Shown: positions 29,308-41,167, counted from the stretch's first letter. The stretch is DNA of 64,000 nucleotides from an uncultured Muribaculaceae bacterium (GCA_964642235.1 CAZXOP010000001.1:17497-81496); one strand, 5' to 3'. Program-made: numbers and translations. Notes: generated from the sequence alone by a model not told the origin.

Positions 29308-30804
29308 ATGAAAATAGTAAAATATATTTTATCGATACTAATAGGGATATCTATTCTATCATCTTGTACAAAAGATTATTTTGATACTAAGATAACGTCA
29401 TATCTCGATAGTAACACAGCGGCGAGAATTGCCGCCTCAGATCCTAAAGCACTTGATGCTTATCTGCTTGGTTCTTTCTCCTTTTTAGTTAAGTTTAGTG
29501 TTTATGGCACAGGTGGTCATGATGACTTCGCTCACATGTCAGTAATGCACTCAACAGATTTAATGGGACAGGATATTGCTCTTTCTGCAGCTCACTGGTT
29601 TAACGGGGATTATAAACATGATAATCATGAGTTTAACTATCGTAGGACAGGGGTTAACTGGCTTACATATTATACCACTATTGCTAAAGCAAACGAGATT
29701 ATAAGCTTTTTCCCTCAAGTTCCTGAACTTCCAGAGAGTAAAGGTGTTTTAGCTCATGGCTATGCACTAAGAGGTTTTGCATATTATTATCTTATCCAGC
29801 TTTATCAGCATACAACTGACGCATCAGGGAAACTTATTCTCAACAAACCTGGTATTCCTATGATTTATAACCCTGTTGATGGTCTTACAGAAGATGAGAT
29901 GAAGACAAGAAAGGGAAGGAATACTGTTAAGATGGTATTAGATCAGATAGAGTCTGACTTGACTAAAGCTGTGGAGTTATTTGAAGCAGGTTATACCCGT
30001 CCTTCAAAGAACTATATTGACAAGTATGTTGCCAATGGTCTTTTAGCACGTTATTACCTCCTTACTCAGCAGTGGGCAAAAGCTGCCGCTGCAGCTAAGA
30101 AAGCTTATGCAGGTTCTACATTAGTTACTAATCAAAATGCTGATTTCAATAACATTGAGGATAAGGAGTGGATGTGGGGTTATGATCATAATACTGAGTC
30201 TCAGACTACTTATGCCTCTTTCTTCTCTCATATCTCTAATAGAACAAATGGATATGCAGGTCTTGGATATTCAGCACGTCTAATTGATAAAGCTCTTTAT
30301 GATGCTATTCCCGATACAGATATCCGTAAAGCATGGTTTAACGGACCTGCAGGAAATCCTGCACAGGCTAGAACCGGAGCAAAACTCCCTTATGCTAACT
30401 TGAAATTTGGCTGGATAGATGGTTGGGTTATGGACTATATGTATATGAGAGCCCCTGAGATGTATCTTATCGAAGCTGAAGCTCTTGTAAGACAGGGTAA
30501 AAATGCTGAAGCAGCTACTGCCATGACTCCTTTAATGAAAGTTCGCCAGCCGGGCTGGGCACTTGCATCAGTAACTTTAGATGATGTTCTTCTCCAGAGA
30601 AGGATAGAGTTATGGGGAGAAGGGTTCTGTATGTTTGATCTTAAACGCCTTGGAAAAGGAATTGATAGAAATTATGCCGGATCAAATCACCTAGCTGGTT
30701 TTAAAATCGCAGTGGCTCCCATGGCTAAGACTTGGATTTACCAGATTCCTCGTCAGGAAATGCAGGAGAATAAGGAGTTAAAAGATACGGATCAAAATGA
30801 ATAA
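29308..30804 (+). CDS. SusD/RagB-family outer-membrane lipoprotein
   Basis: 498 aa with a lipoprotein signal (ILSSC) and the RRIELWGEGFCMFDLKR motif. Confidence 0.92.
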   Translation: MKIVKYILSILIGISILSSCTKDYFDTKITSYLDSNTAARIAASDPKALDAYLLGSFSFLVKFSVYGTGGHDDFAHMSVMHSTDLMGQDIALSAAHWFNGDYKHDNHEFNYRRTGVNWLTYYTTIAKANEIISFFPQVPELPESKGVLAHGYALRGFAYYYLIQLYQHTTDASGKLILNKPGIPMIYNPVDGLTEDEMKTRKGRNTVKMVLDQIESDLTKAVELFEAGYTRPSKNYIDKYVANGLLARYYLLTQQWAKAAAAAKKAYAGSTLVTNQNADFNNIEDKEWMWGYDHNTESQTTYASFFSHISNRTNGYAGLGYSARLIDKALYDAIPDTDIRKAWFNGPAGNPAQARTGAKLPYANLKFGWIDGWVMDYMYMRAPEMYLIEAEALVRQGKNAEAATAMTPLMKVRQPGWALASVTLDDVLLQRRIELWGEGFCMFDLKRLGKGIDRNYAGSNHLAGFKIAVAPMAKTWIYQIPRQEMQENKELKDTDQNE

Positions 30805-31669
30805 TTTTAAAAAAAAGATGGTTATGAAAAATATATCTAAAATTCTCTATTTAGGACTCATTTCGCTCTTTCTCTTCTCATCATGTGCCGAAAAGCCACT
30901 TGTTAAGGGTGAGGTCGAAAAGGGATTTTCCGGATCAGTTGCGAATATGCCTACATTATCCATTACAGGAGCTACCTTAGAGCCTGTTAAAGGTCAGATA
31001 GTTACTTGTACAGGTACTATTACCACCACAGGTGAGATTCGTGAAGTAGGTTTTGCTTATGCCAAAAAAGCCGATTTTTCAGATAAGAAAACTGCTACAG
31101 GGAAATTGACAGGGACTACTTTCACTGCTAATATTACTTTAGAGCCTCTAACTCAGTACTATATAAAAGCTTATGGTATTGTTAATGAAGGAGCCGCAGA
31201 AAGTGAAGGACAGAAGAGTGTAACTACTCCCGATCTTCCATTCTATGATAAAGTACTTGGTAACTTTAAAGGAAACATGAAGTCTGCTGCTTATGGAACT
31301 GCATACAATGGCTATACTATTTCTCTATTACCCTATAGTGCAGACCTTGTAAATAAAGTTATAGTAGCTCATACAGATCCTTATTATTTCGGTAAAGGAT
31401 ATAAATATCCTAAGAATAACTTTGTTATAGGGACTATTGATGCTACTAATAAGACTGTTACTGTGACTGCTGGAGCACAAATGACTCTTGGAACTTTCGG
31501 AGTAGTAGCTGTTAATTCAGACAAATGGGCAGGAGCAACTAGAATTTCAAACTGGGTTTTAACCTTTATCGATAATGTTACTTTTAAGGCTAATGCTTGG
31601 GGTACTTACGATTTAGACTCCAATGAATGGGATGATCAATATGAACTTGTAACTAATTTTAAGAAATAA
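30797..31669 (+). CDS. PUL-associated surface lipoprotein of unknown function
   Basis: 290 aa overlapping the susD stop by 8 nt. It has a lipoprotein signal (LFLFSSC; possible later starts at 30818 or 30824) and T/G-rich beta-strand sequence consistent with Ig-like domains. I recognise no family. Confidence 0.6.
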   Translation: MNNFKKKMVMKNISKILYLGLISLFLFSSCAEKPLVKGEVEKGFSGSVANMPTLSITGATLEPVKGQIVTCTGTITTTGEIREVGFAYAKKADFSDKKTATGKLTGTTFTANITLEPLTQYYIKAYGIVNEGAAESEGQKSVTTPDLPFYDKVLGNFKGNMKSAAYGTAYNGYTISLLPYSADLVNKVIVAHTDPYYFGKGYKYPKNNFVIGTIDATNKTVTVTAGAQMTLGTFGVVAVNSDKWAGATRISNWVLTFIDNVTFKANAWGTYDLDSNEWDDQYELVTNFKK

Positions 31670-31693
31670 TTAGTTTAGGTTCTAATAATATTT

Positions 31694-31729
31694 GTGGGTG
31701 GTCAGTGTAAATTGACCACCCACTTTTTT
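31694..31729. terminator. bidirectional rho-independent terminator between the PUL lipoprotein gene and the convergent hypothetical gene
   Basis: 11-bp stem gtgggtggtca / tgaccacccac with an 8-nt loop followed by a T6 run. Confidence 0.7.
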
Positions 31730-32465
31730 ATAATGAATATAAAATTAAACTAAATAGAGTCTGTTTGATTTCATATTTATTGAAGCCGTTCCAGCTTGCG
31801 TCTCGCATCTTAGGTGTCTGCTGTTGTATGAGAGCCCCCTTAATAATTACCCTCCCTCTCTCTCTAAGTGAATACTCTTTTTTTCTCCCATTTTTATATA
31901 TAAGAGTAAATTCCGAATAGGTCCCTATCACCTCTCTTTCAGGGAGCATAAGAGAGAGATTCTCCTCCAATCCTAAAAGAGTGGGAGTACAGATAACGCT
32001 TTCACTTCCAACCCATCCCCTTACAGTAATATTTTTACTCTTATTGACTGCGGTAACTTCACAGGCAACAGCCCCCCCTAAAAAATCAAAAGGAGAATAA
32101 TAAAAAGTCTCTTTGGTTCTTATTAATACAGCATTTGGTAAAAATTGCTCTACCTTAATATCCCAGTCCAATATTCTCCCTGTTACCCCATCTCCGGTAA
32201 CCTCTACTTTCTCCGCATTATTTATCGGAAGTGCCCTCTTTTTAGTATTATCAATAATATAGAGTGAAGGGGGATTCTTATCTATAGTTAGAGTTGTTAA
32301 CTTAATAACATAAGGAAGGAACACCTCTTTTCCACTTTTTGTTTTAGCTAAATAGACCCCTTCATCTAATGGAGAAGAGAGTGTTAATTTCCTGACAGGA
32401 AGGAAAAAGAAGATTATTAGAGAAGTGACTGCAATGAGCACTATAGTTAGTTTTCTGGTTTTCAT
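31728..32465 (-). CDS. hypothetical membrane-anchored protein
   Basis: The ORF is trimmed to the ATG at 32465 (MKTRKLTIVLIAVTSLIIFFF gives a single N-terminal TM helix), because the ORF-track extension overlaps the rpoC terminator hairpin. I recognise no family. Confidence 0.55.
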   Translation of the reverse strand: MKTRKLTIVLIAVTSLIIFFFLPVRKLTLSSPLDEGVYLAKTKSGKEVFLPYVIKLTTLTIDKNPPSLYIIDNTKKRALPINNAEKVEVTGDGVTGRILDWDIKVEQFLPNAVLIRTKETFYYSPFDFLGGAVACEVTAVNKSKNITVRGWVGSESVICTPTLLGLEENLSLMLPEREVIGTYSEFTLIYKNGRKKEYSLRERGRVIIKGALIQQQTPKMRDASWNGFNKYEIKQTLFSLILYSL

Positions 32466-32489
32466 GATTTTATAAATTATGTTAAAACA

Positions 32490-32521
32490 AACACCCCCCA
32501 AAAGTTATTTTGAGGGGTGTT
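32490..32521 (-). terminator. hairpin terminator downstream of rpoC
   Basis: Stem aacacccc / ggggtgtt, followed on the minus strand by T-rich tgtttt. Confidence 0.5.
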
Positions 32522-32536
32522 AATTAATTTAAGAAA

Positions 32537-35500
32537 TTACTCATCTCTCTTTCGAGAAACCATTCTTTCGTAATCCTCTTTAGAGGCTACTATTAGACGG
32601 TCGTACTCCCTTAGTCCTGTACCTGCAGGGATAAGGTGACCACAGATTACATTCTCTTTCAGACCTTCCAATGTGTCAACTTTTGCATGTATTGCTGCAT
32701 CGCTTAATACTTTGGTGGTCTCCTGGAATGAGGCGGCTGACATAAAGCTGTTAGTTCTAAGCGCTGCACGGGTTATCCCTTGCAGAACCTGATTTGAGGT
32801 AGCAGGAATGGCATCCCTTGCCTCAACAAGCTTCTTGTCCTGTCTCTTAAGGATAGAGTTTTCATCTCTGAGTTTCCTTAGAGTTACTATCTGTCCCGGT
32901 CTAAGCTCCTGAGAATCTCCTGCATCGAGGACAACTTTCTTATCGAATACATTGTCGTTCTCTTGTGTAAATTCCCATTTATCGACTAACTGTTCAGGGA
33001 GGAAACGAGTGTCACCCGGATCTACGATTTCCACTTTTCTCATCATTTGACGAACAATGATTTCAAAGTGTTTATCATTGATTTTCACCCCTTGCATACG
33101 GTAAACTTCTTGAATTTCGTTTACAATATACTCTTGAACTTTTATAGGACCTTGAATAAGTAGGATATCAGTAGGGGAGATAGCTCCATCAGAGAGGGAC
33201 ATACCGGCTCTGATATAGTCGTTCTCCTGAACTAAAATCTGTTTTGATAGAGGAACGAGATATCTCTTTTCTTCTCCGGTTTTGGATTGGACGATAATCT
33301 CTCTGTTACCTCTTTTGATTTTACCCATTTGAACCTCACCATTAATTTCTGATACTACGGCAGGGTTTGAAGGATTTCTTGCTTCGAAAAGTTCGGTAAC
33401 TCGAGGAAGACCTCCTGTGATATCACCGGATTTACCAATAGCTCTTGGAATCTTTACTATCACCTCGCCTGCTTTAACGGTTTGACCTATGTCCACCATA
33501 ATGTGTGCACCTACGGGTAGGTTATAGGTTCTAAGCGCCGTATTTCCACTCATAATTTTTAGAGTAGGGTTCTTAGACTTATCCCTCGACTCAATTATAA
33601 CTTTTTCACGATGGAGAGAGAACTCATCAGTGGCCTCTTCTCTATATGTAACTCCCTCAATAAAGCTATCGAATGCTACTTCTCCGGTTGTCTCTGTAAT
33701 GGTAACTGCATTATAAGCATCCCATTCACATATTTTATCCCCCTTAGCAACAATAACCCCATTTTTCTGATAGAGCTTCGCCCCATAAGGGATATTATTG
33801 TGTGAGAGAACTATTCCGGTGTTTACATCCACGATGTTCATCTCGGCTGTACGTCCGATAACTATTTCGTGTTCTCCTTCATCATCAGTTTTGGTTACAG
33901 TCCTAAGTTCGTCGAACTCAAGACGACCATCGTAACGTGCTATAATCTCACTCTCTGAAGCAATACTTGAAGCAGTACCCCCAACGTGGAAAGTTCTAAG
34001 TGTCAACTGTGTACCAGGCTCTCCGATGGATTGTGCTGCAATAACTCCCACGACTTCTCCCTTCTCCACCATTCTTCCTGTGGCAAGATTTCTTCCGTAG
34101 CATTTTGCGCAAACACCCTTTTTGGACTCGCAAGTTAAAACCGAGCGAATTTCTACTTGTTCAATAGGTAAAGAGCTGATTAGAGAGGCGATATCCTCTG
34201 TTATCTCATCTCCTGCTTTAATTATAGAGGCCCCTGTAAGAGGGTTGTAGATATCATGCACAGATGTTCTACCTAAAATTCTCTCGTAAAGAGTCTCTAC
34301 TATTTCATCTTTGTTTTTGATAGCAGTTGCCACCAATCCTCTTAATGTTCCGCAATCCTCTTCATTTATGATGACATCGTGAGATACATCGACTAAACGA
34401 CGAGTTAAGTATCCGGCATCAGCAGTCTTTAAAGCTGTATCTGCAAGACCTTTACGGGCACCGTGAGTAGAAATAAAGTACTCAAGAACTGAAAGCCCTT
34501 CTTTAAAGTTGGAAAGGATAGGGTTCTCGATAATCTCAGATCCAACAGCACCTGATTTTTGAGGCTTTGCCATAAGACCACGCATACCGCAGAGCTGACG
34601 AATCTGCTCTTTGGAACCACGGGCTCCTGAGTCAAGCATCATATATATAGGATTGAAACCTTGCTGGTCTTGCTCGATATTCTTGGTAACCATATTCGTA
34701 AGTCTCGAATTGGTGGTAGTCCAAATATCGATAATTTGATTGTATCTTTCATTATTGGTTATCAAACCGAAGTTATAACTCTGCTGAATGGTTTCAACCT
34801 CTTTATAACCTGCTTCGATAAGGTCTGTTTTCTCCTTAGGAACAATAACGTCTGCAAGATTGAAAGAGAGTCCCCCCTTGAAAGCCATCTTATATCCAAT
34901 GTCTTTAATATCATCGAGGAACTGTGCGGTACGGGCTACTCCCGAAACTTTTACCACTGTTCCGATAATATCCCTAAGGGATTTTTTGGTAAGAATCTCA
35001 TCTATATAACCAACCTCTTTTGGTACTACCTGATTAAAGATTATCCTCCCTGTAGTGGTCTTATCTTTAGTTATATACCCTTTTGAGAGGTCATCTGCAT
35101 CTTTAGGAACCCTTACAGATACTAATGCGTGGAGATCCACTTTCCCTTCATTATAAGCTATTATCGCCTCTTCAGCTCCATAGAATTTCATCCCTTCCCC
35201 TTTAACCCCCTTACGAGGTTTAGTTATATAGTAGAGACCAAGTACCATGTCTTGTGAAGGAACGGTAATAGGTGCTCCGTTTGCAGGGTTAAGGATGTTA
35301 TGTGAGCCTAACATTAATAATTGTGCTTCGAGTATAGCAGCATTCCCAAGTGGGAGATGCACTGCCATCTGGTCACCGTCAAAGTCAGCGTTAAATGCAG
35401 TACAAGAGAGAGGATGTAGCTGTATAGCTTTTCCCTCTATCAACTTAGGCTGGAAGGCTTGAATCCCGAGGCGGTGTAGGGTAGGGGCACGGTTGAGTAG

Positions 35501-36799
35501 AACCGGATGTCCTTTCATTACATTCTCAAGAATATCCCATATTACAGGGTCTTTACGGTCAACAATCTTCTTGGCAGATTTTACTGTCTTTACAATCCCT
35601 CTTTCAATAAGTTTCCTGATAATAAAGGGTTTATAAAGCTCTGCAGCCATTAATTTTGGAAGTCCACATTCATGCATTTTAAGCTCAGGACCTACCACAA
35701 TTACTGAACGGGCAGAGTAGTCAACCCTCTTTCCAAGAAGGTTTTGACGGAAACGACCTTGTTTCCCTTTAAGACTGTCAGATAGAGATTTAAGTGTTCT
35801 GTTAGCTTCTGTTTTGACTGCATTTGATTTGCGTGAGTTGTCAAAAAGTGAGTCAACAGCCTCCTGAAGCATACGTTTCTCATTACGGAGAATTACCTCG
35901 GGTGCTTTAATCTCTATGAGTCTTTTCAGACGATTGTTTCTTATAATAACCCTACGATAGAGGTCATTTAAATCCGATGTTGCAAACCTTCCACCATCTA
36001 AAGGAACTAATGGTCTTAAGTCGGGAGGTGTTACAGGAACGACCTTCATTATCATCCATTCGGGTTTGTTGAACTCTCCGGCTTCACGGAAGGCTTCGAT
36101 GACACTTAATCTTTTAAGAGCATCAGCCTTACGTTGCTGTGAGGTCTCATTTTCGGTTTTGTGGCGAAGGTCATATGAAAGCTCATCTAAATTAATATTT
36201 TTAAGCATTGCATATATAGCCTCAGCACCCATTCCTGCTACAAACTTATTAGGGTCTGTATCCTCTAACATTTGGTTCTCCCTTGGAAGATTATCGAGTA
36301 CGGTAAGATACTCATCTTCAGTAAGTAGAGCCAATGCTTCTATCCCTTGTTCTGCTGCGAGTCCGGGCTGTATTACGACATATCTTTCGTAATAAATAAT
36401 AGACTCAAGTTTTTTTGATGGGATTCCGAGAAGGTATCCTATTTTATTTGGGGTTGAGCGGAAATACCAAATATGGGCTACGGGTACAGTAAGGGTTATA
36501 TGCCCCATTCTCTCCCTGCGGACCTTCTTCTCTGTTACTTCCACACCGCATCTGTCGCAGATGATTCCGCGATAGCGAATTCTTTTGTATTTTCCGCAGT
36601 GGCACTCATAGTCTTTGGAGGGTCCAAAAATCCTCTCGCAGAAGAGCCCGTCTCTTTCAGGTTTATATGTGCGGTAGTTAACCGTTTCAGGCTTAAGAAC
36701 TTCCCCGGAGGATCTTTCGAGGATCTCTTCGGGAGAGGCTAACCCAATGGTTATCCTATTGAAATTACTTTTAACCTTGATCTCTTTTTTAAAAGACAT
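32537..36799 (-). CDS. rpoC: DNA-directed RNA polymerase subunit beta'
   Basis: 1420 aa with the [12 protein letters not shown] catalytic motif and the N-terminal zinc-binding CHCGKY..CDRCG region. Confidence 0.99.
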   Translation of the reverse strand: MSFKKEIKVKSNFNRITIGLASPEEILERSSGEVLKPETVNYRTYKPERDGLFCERIFGPSKDYECHCGKYKRIRYRGIICDRCGVEVTEKKVRRERMGHITLTVPVAHIWYFRSTPNKIGYLLGIPSKKLESIIYYERYVVIQPGLAAEQGIEALALLTEDEYLTVLDNLPRENQMLEDTDPNKFVAGMGAEAIYAMLKNINLDELSYDLRHKTENETSQQRKADALKRLSVIEAFREAGEFNKPEWMIMKVVPVTPPDLRPLVPLDGGRFATSDLNDLYRRVIIRNNRLKRLIEIKAPEVILRNEKRMLQEAVDSLFDNSRKSNAVKTEANRTLKSLSDSLKGKQGRFRQNLLGKRVDYSARSVIVVGPELKMHECGLPKLMAAELYKPFIIRKLIERGIVKTVKSAKKIVDRKDPVIWDILENVMKGHPVLLNRAPTLHRLGIQAFQPKLIEGKAIQLHPLSCTAFNADFDGDQMAVHLPLGNAAILEAQLLMLGSHNILNPANGAPITVPSQDMVLGLYYITKPRKGVKGEGMKFYGAEEAIIAYNEGKVDLHALVSVRVPKDADDLSKGYITKDKTTTGRIIFNQVVPKEVGYIDEILTKKSLRDIIGTVVKVSGVARTAQFLDDIKDIGYKMAFKGGLSFNLADVIVPKEKTDLIEAGYKEVETIQQSYNFGLITNNERYNQIIDIWTTTNSRLTNMVTKNIEQDQQGFNPIYMMLDSGARGSKEQIRQLCGMRGLMAKPQKSGAVGSEIIENPILSNFKEGLSVLEYFISTHGARKGLADTALKTADAGYLTRRLVDVSHDVIINEEDCGTLRGLVATAIKNKDEIVETLYERILGRTSVHDIYNPLTGASIIKAGDEITEDIASLISSLPIEQVEIRSVLTCESKKGVCAKCYGRNLATGRMVEKGEVVGVIAAQSIGEPGTQLTLRTFHVGGTASSIASESEIIARYDGRLEFDELRTVTKTDDEGEHEIVIGRTAEMNIVDVNTGIVLSHNNIPYGAKLYQKNGVIVAKGDKICEWDAYNAVTITETTGEVAFDSFIEGVTYREEATDEFSLHREKVIIESRDKSKNPTLKIMSGNTALRTYNLPVGAHIMVDIGQTVKAGEVIVKIPRAIGKSGDITGGLPRVTELFEARNPSNPAVVSEINGEVQMGKIKRGNREIIVQSKTGEEKRYLVPLSKQILVQENDYIRAGMSLSDGAISPTDILLIQGPIKVQEYIVNEIQEVYRMQGVKINDKHFEIIVRQMMRKVEIVDPGDTRFLPEQLVDKWEFTQENDNVFDKKVVLDAGDSQELRPGQIVTLRKLRDENSILKRQDKKLVEARDAIPATSNQVLQGITRAALRTNSFMSAASFQETTKVLSDAAIHAKVDTLEGLKENVICGHLIPAGTGLREYDRLIVASKEDYERMVSRKRDE

Positions 36800-36832
36800 A
36801 TTATTGATTTTTCAAATTATCAAAAACTCCAA

Positions 36833-39800
36833 TTAATCTAAGTGTATGCTTAGTCCAAGTCCACGAAGTTCGTGGAGAAGTACATTAAGGGATTCAGGAA
36901 TACCGGGTGTCGGCATAGGGTCTCCTTTAACAATGGCTTCGTAAGCGCGTGAGCGTCCCACAACGTCATCAGATTTTATGGTAAGGATCTCCTGAAGAAT
37001 ATTTGATGCTCCGAATGCTTCAAGAGCCCAAACCTCCATTTCTCCGAATCTTTGTCCTCCGAATTGTGCTTTACCTCCAAGAGGTTGTTGGGTGATAAGA
37101 GAGTAAGGACCTATTGAACGGGCGTGCATCTTGTCGTCCACCATGTGTCCAAGTTTAATCATATAGATTACCCCCACAGTAGCTGGCTGGTCAAATTGCT
37201 CTCCTGTTCCACCATCTCTCAAGAAAGTTCTTCCGTATTGTGGAATCCCTGCTTTTTCGGTATATTGTGTGATCTCGGTAAGAGTTGCTCCGTCAAAAAT
37301 AGGGGTAGAGAACTTGATACCAAGCTCTTTACCTGCCCATCCAAGAACGGTCTCGTAAATCTGTCCAAGGTTCATACGGGAAGGAACACCAAGAGGATTT
37401 AATACTATATCCACAATGGTTCCATCTTCAAGGAATGGCATATCTTCATCTCTAACGACTTTAGCTACTATCCCTTTATTACCATGGCGACCTGCCATTT
37501 TATCTCCAACTTTAACCTTTCTCTTTTTCGCAACATAAACTTTTGCAAGCTGCATAATACCGCTTGGAAGTTCATCTCCGATAGTAAGGTTATATTTTAG
37601 TCTTTTTAATTCGGCATCATACTCTTTATATGCTATCATATAATTGTTTATGAGCTTTTTAATCTGACTGTTAGCATTCTTATCGGATGTCCATTTAGTA
37701 GGATTGATATTTTCGTAATCTATCCTTGAAAGAACATCAGGAGTGAAAGCGTCACCTTTAGGAACTATTTCAGCTCCATAGAGATCGCTAACTCCGCTAC
37801 TCTTCTTATCAAAAGTCAGAATAGTAAGTTTATCGATAAATCTCCCTTTTAAGTCAGATGTCTTTTTATTAAAGTCATCTTCTACATGCTGGATTTGATT
37901 CTTAGCAGAGGATTTTCCACGCTTACTTCCCTCTTTTCCTACTCTTGCAAACAATCTCTTTCCGATAATAGTTCCTGAGAGAGAAGGAGTTGCTTTTAAT
38001 GAAGCATCTTTAACATCTCCTGCTTTGTCTCCAAAGATCGCTCTAAGAAGTTTCTCTTCAGGGGAAGGATCGCTCTCTCCCTTAGGGGTAATTTTACCAA
38101 TCAAAATATCTCCGGGCTCGATATTGGCACCAATACGGATAATACCGTTTTCGTCCAAATCTTTTGTAGCCTCTTCGCTAACATTAGGGATATCTGCAGT
38201 TAACTCCTCCATTCCGCGTTTAGTATCACGTACTTCCATGGCATACTCGTCAACATGGATGGATGTGAAGATATCATCTCTTATTATTTTTTCAGATAAG
38301 ACAATAGCATCCTCAAAGTTATACCCTTTCCAAGGCATAAATGCCACTTTCAGGTTCCTTCCAAGTGCAAGTTCTCCATTCTGGGTAGCGTAACCTTCGG
38401 TTAAGATCTGCCCTGCCTCTACCTTATCCCCTTTTCTTACAATAGGTTTAAGGTGAATAGAGGTTGACTGGTTAGTTTTTCTATAAAGAGGAAGTTTATA
38501 TACAGTAATATCTGAATTAAAGCTTACAAATTTCTCAGCATCGGTCTGCTCATATTTAATATGAATCTCTCTCCCATCAACAAAAACTACTTCTCCTTTC
38601 CTTTCAGCTACTATCTGTGTTCTTGAGTCACGAACAACCACTCCTTCAAGTCCTGTTCCCACGATAGGAGCTTCAGGTCTAATCAAAGGAACTGCTTGAC
38701 GCATCATGTTAGATCCCATCAAGGCACGGTTTGCGTCGTCGTGTTCGAGGAAAGGGATAAGTGAAGCTGCAATGGAAGCTATCTGGTTAGGAGCAACGTC
38801 CATAAAGTGGACTTCCTCCTTAGTTACCACAGGGTAGTCTGCTTCGTAACGACATTTAATCCTTTCGTCAAGAATGTCACCTGTTTCGGCAAGATTAACG
38901 TTTGCCTGAGCAACCATCTTGTCCTCTTCAGCCTCAGCACTCATATATTCATATCCGCTCGGAGTCATATCTACGATACCATCTTTAACTTTCCTATAAG
39001 GGGTTTCGATGAATCCAAGATCATTGATTTTAGCGTAAACACAGAGTGAAGAGATAAGACCGATATTAGGTCCTTCAGGGGTCTCAATAGGGCAGAGACG
39101 TCCGTAATGAGTATAATGCACGTCTCTAACTTCGAAACCTGCGCGATCTCTTGAAAGACCTCCCGGGCCTAATGCAGATAGACGACGTTTATGTGTCATC
39201 TCAGCTAAAGGATTTGTTTGGTCCATAAACTGAGAAAGCTGACTTGTCCCAAAGAATGAATTAATTACAGAAGAGAGGGATTTGGCATTTATAAGGTCTG
39301 TAGGAACAAACACTTCATTATCCCTAACGTTCATTCTCTCTCTTATAGTACGTGCCATACGGGTGAGTCCTACGCTAAACTGGTTAGCAAGTTGCTCTCC
39401 CACAGTTCTGATTCTTCTATTACTTAGGTGGTCGATATCATCAACACTTGCCTTAGAATTAATTAATTGAATCAGATATCTGATAATTTCTATAATGTCA
39501 TCCTTAGTTAAAACTCTTACATCAGAAGAGGTGTTTAATTCCAATTTCTGATTAAGACGATATCTTCCAACTTCTCCAAGGTCATACCTTTTATCTGAGA
39601 AGAAGAGTTTGTCTATGACATCTCTTGCAGTAGCTTCGTCTGGTGGTTCAGAGTTTCTTAACTGTCTGTAAGTGTAAAATACAGCCTCTTTTTCTGAGTT
39701 GCAGACATCCTTCTGCAATGTATTGTGAATTATAGCATAATCACTTACGTTAGCGTCATCTTTTCTTAAGAGGATGGTATTTACACCTGATTCGAGAATG

Positions 39801-40651
39801 TCATCAATATGATGCTCTTCGAGGAGAGTATCTCTATCGACCACTATCTCGTTTCTTTCAATATATACAACTTCTCCTGTATCTTCATCCACAAAGTCCT
39901 CATTCCAAGTCTTAAGAACTCTCGCGGCAAGTTTAACTCCGAGGTTCTTAGATAAATCTTCCCTTGTGGCTTGAATCTCATCAGCCAATCCAAAGATATC
40001 GAGGATATCCTTGTCACTTTCATAACCGATGGCTCTAAGCAGAGTGGTAACAGGCAATTTCTTTTTACGGTCGATATAGGCATACATGACGTTATTTATG
40101 TCAGTAGCAAATTCGATCCATGAGCCTTTAAACGGAATAATTCGAGCTGAATAGAGCTTGGTTCCGTTTGCATGGAGGCTCTGTCCAAAAAACACCCCGG
40201 GAGAACGATGTAGCTGTGATACAACTATTCTCTCTGATCCATTAATGACAAATGTACCTCTTGGAGTCATATATGGTATGGTTCCAAGATAAACGTCTTG
40301 AATAGAGGTGTCAAAATCTTCGTGTTCCGGATCTGTACAATAAAGCTTTAATTTAGCTTTTAGTGGAACACTGTATGTAAGACCGATGTCCAAGCACTCT
40401 TCGATGGTGTAGCGTGGCGGGTCTATATAGTAGTCGATAAATTCGAGTACGAAATTATTGCGAGTATCAGAGATGGGAAAAATCTCTTGAAACACTTTAA
40501 ACAACCCTTCATTTCTGCGATTTTCGGCAGTGGTGTCGAGCTGAAAAAAATCTTTAAAAGATTTCAGTTGGACTTCCAAGAAATCCGGATACTCAAGAAG
40601 AGATTTTGATGTGGCGAATGTAATTCGCTGATTAATACTTTTTTGAGACAT
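36833..40651 (-). CDS. rpoB: DNA-directed RNA polymerase subunit beta
   Basis: 1272 aa with conserved RpoB blocks ([14 protein letters not shown]-type rifampicin region as [22 protein letters not shown], and GRHGNKG), directly upstream of rpoC. Confidence 0.99.
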   Translation of the reverse strand: MSQKSINQRITFATSKSLLEYPDFLEVQLKSFKDFFQLDTTAENRRNEGLFKVFQEIFPISDTRNNFVLEFIDYYIDPPRYTIEECLDIGLTYSVPLKAKLKLYCTDPEHEDFDTSIQDVYLGTIPYMTPRGTFVINGSERIVVSQLHRSPGVFFGQSLHANGTKLYSARIIPFKGSWIEFATDINNVMYAYIDRKKKLPVTTLLRAIGYESDKDILDIFGLADEIQATREDLSKNLGVKLAARVLKTWNEDFVDEDTGEVVYIERNEIVVDRDTLLEEHHIDDILESGVNTILLRKDDANVSDYAIIHNTLQKDVCNSEKEAVFYTYRQLRNSEPPDEATARDVIDKLFFSDKRYDLGEVGRYRLNQKLELNTSSDVRVLTKDDIIEIIRYLIQLINSKASVDDIDHLSNRRIRTVGEQLANQFSVGLTRMARTIRERMNVRDNEVFVPTDLINAKSLSSVINSFFGTSQLSQFMDQTNPLAEMTHKRRLSALGPGGLSRDRAGFEVRDVHYTHYGRLCPIETPEGPNIGLISSLCVYAKINDLGFIETPYRKVKDGIVDMTPSGYEYMSAEAEEDKMVAQANVNLAETGDILDERIKCRYEADYPVVTKEEVHFMDVAPNQIASIAASLIPFLEHDDANRALMGSNMMRQAVPLIRPEAPIVGTGLEGVVVRDSRTQIVAERKGEVVFVDGREIHIKYEQTDAEKFVSFNSDITVYKLPLYRKTNQSTSIHLKPIVRKGDKVEAGQILTEGYATQNGELALGRNLKVAFMPWKGYNFEDAIVLSEKIIRDDIFTSIHVDEYAMEVRDTKRGMEELTADIPNVSEEATKDLDENGIIRIGANIEPGDILIGKITPKGESDPSPEEKLLRAIFGDKAGDVKDASLKATPSLSGTIIGKRLFARVGKEGSKRGKSSAKNQIQHVEDDFNKKTSDLKGRFIDKLTILTFDKKSSGVSDLYGAEIVPKGDAFTPDVLSRIDYENINPTKWTSDKNANSQIKKLINNYMIAYKEYDAELKRLKYNLTIGDELPSGIMQLAKVYVAKKRKVKVGDKMAGRHGNKGIVAKVVRDEDMPFLEDGTIVDIVLNPLGVPSRMNLGQIYETVLGWAGKELGIKFSTPIFDGATLTEITQYTEKAGIPQYGRTFLRDGGTGEQFDQPATVGVIYMIKLGHMVDDKMHARSIGPYSLITQQPLGGKAQFGGQRFGEMEVWALEAFGASNILQEILTIKSDDVVGRSRAYEAIVKGDPMPTPGIPESLNVLLHELRGLGLSIHLD

Positions 40652-40680
40652 TTAGATATGGCTTGGTTGAAAAAACTTAA

Positions 40681-40723
40681 AAAAACGACAAAAAGGTTTA
40701 GAGCCTTTTTCAGACTCTAAACC
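40681..40723 (-). terminator. intrinsic attenuator/terminator in the rplL-rpoB spacer
   Basis: On the minus strand, stem ggtttagag / ctctaaacc is followed by tttttgtcgttttt. A second palindrome, ccctcgaggg, lies at 40735..40744. Confidence 0.55.
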
Positions 40724-40754
40724 TGTGAGTATTTCCCTCGAGGGGAGAGATAGT

Positions 40755-41132
40755 TTATTTAATTTCAACTTCTCCGCCTGCCTCTTCAAGGGCTGCTTTC
40801 AGTTGCTCAGCGTCTGCTTTGGAAACTTTTTCCTTTATAGCAACAGGTGCCTTGTCAACTAAGTCTTTAGCCTCTTTCAAACCAAGACCTGTAAGTTCTT
40901 TAACAGCTTTAACGATTTGTAATTTTGCCTGTCCCGGAGAAACAAGCATAACATCGAACTGTGTCTGTTCTGCTTCAACAGCAGCGCCAGCAGCAGCAGG
41001 AGCTGCAATTGCAACTGCTGCTGCTGCTGCAGGTTCGATTCCGTATTTTTCTTTAAGAACTTGAGCTAACTCTTGAACTTCTTTAACAGTAAGATTAACT
41101 AATTCTTCTGCAAATTTATTAATATCTGCCAT
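40755..41132 (-). CDS. rplL: 50S ribosomal protein L7/L12
   Basis: 125 aa with an Ala-rich hinge and a conserved C-terminal domain ([24 protein letters not shown]). Confidence 0.98.
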   Translation of the reverse strand: MADINKFAEELVNLTVKEVQELAQVLKEKYGIEPAAAAAVAIAAPAAAGAAVEAEQTQFDVMLVSPGQAKLQIVKAVKELTGLGLKEAKDLVDKAPVAIKEKVSKADAEQLKAALEEAGGEVEIK

Positions 41133-41167
41133 GATTGTTTAATTTATTAATTTGTTTCTAATTTTTT

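Noticed and set aside
32537-40651. Numerous 60-140-aa ORFs antisense to or overlapping rpoC/rpoB (e.g. 34661..35086, 36066..36392, 38025..38393) and their duplicates
   Set aside because: They lie wholly inside highly conserved long CDSs on the opposite strand or in alternative frames, with low-complexity translations. They are typical shadow ORFs.
40819-41064. 81-aa Ala-rich ORF on the plus strand, and the 127-aa ORF at 42504..42887
   Set aside because: These are mirror-frame artefacts of the Ala-rich rplL hinge and of rplK respectively. The ribosomal protein genes on the minus strand fully explain the sequence.
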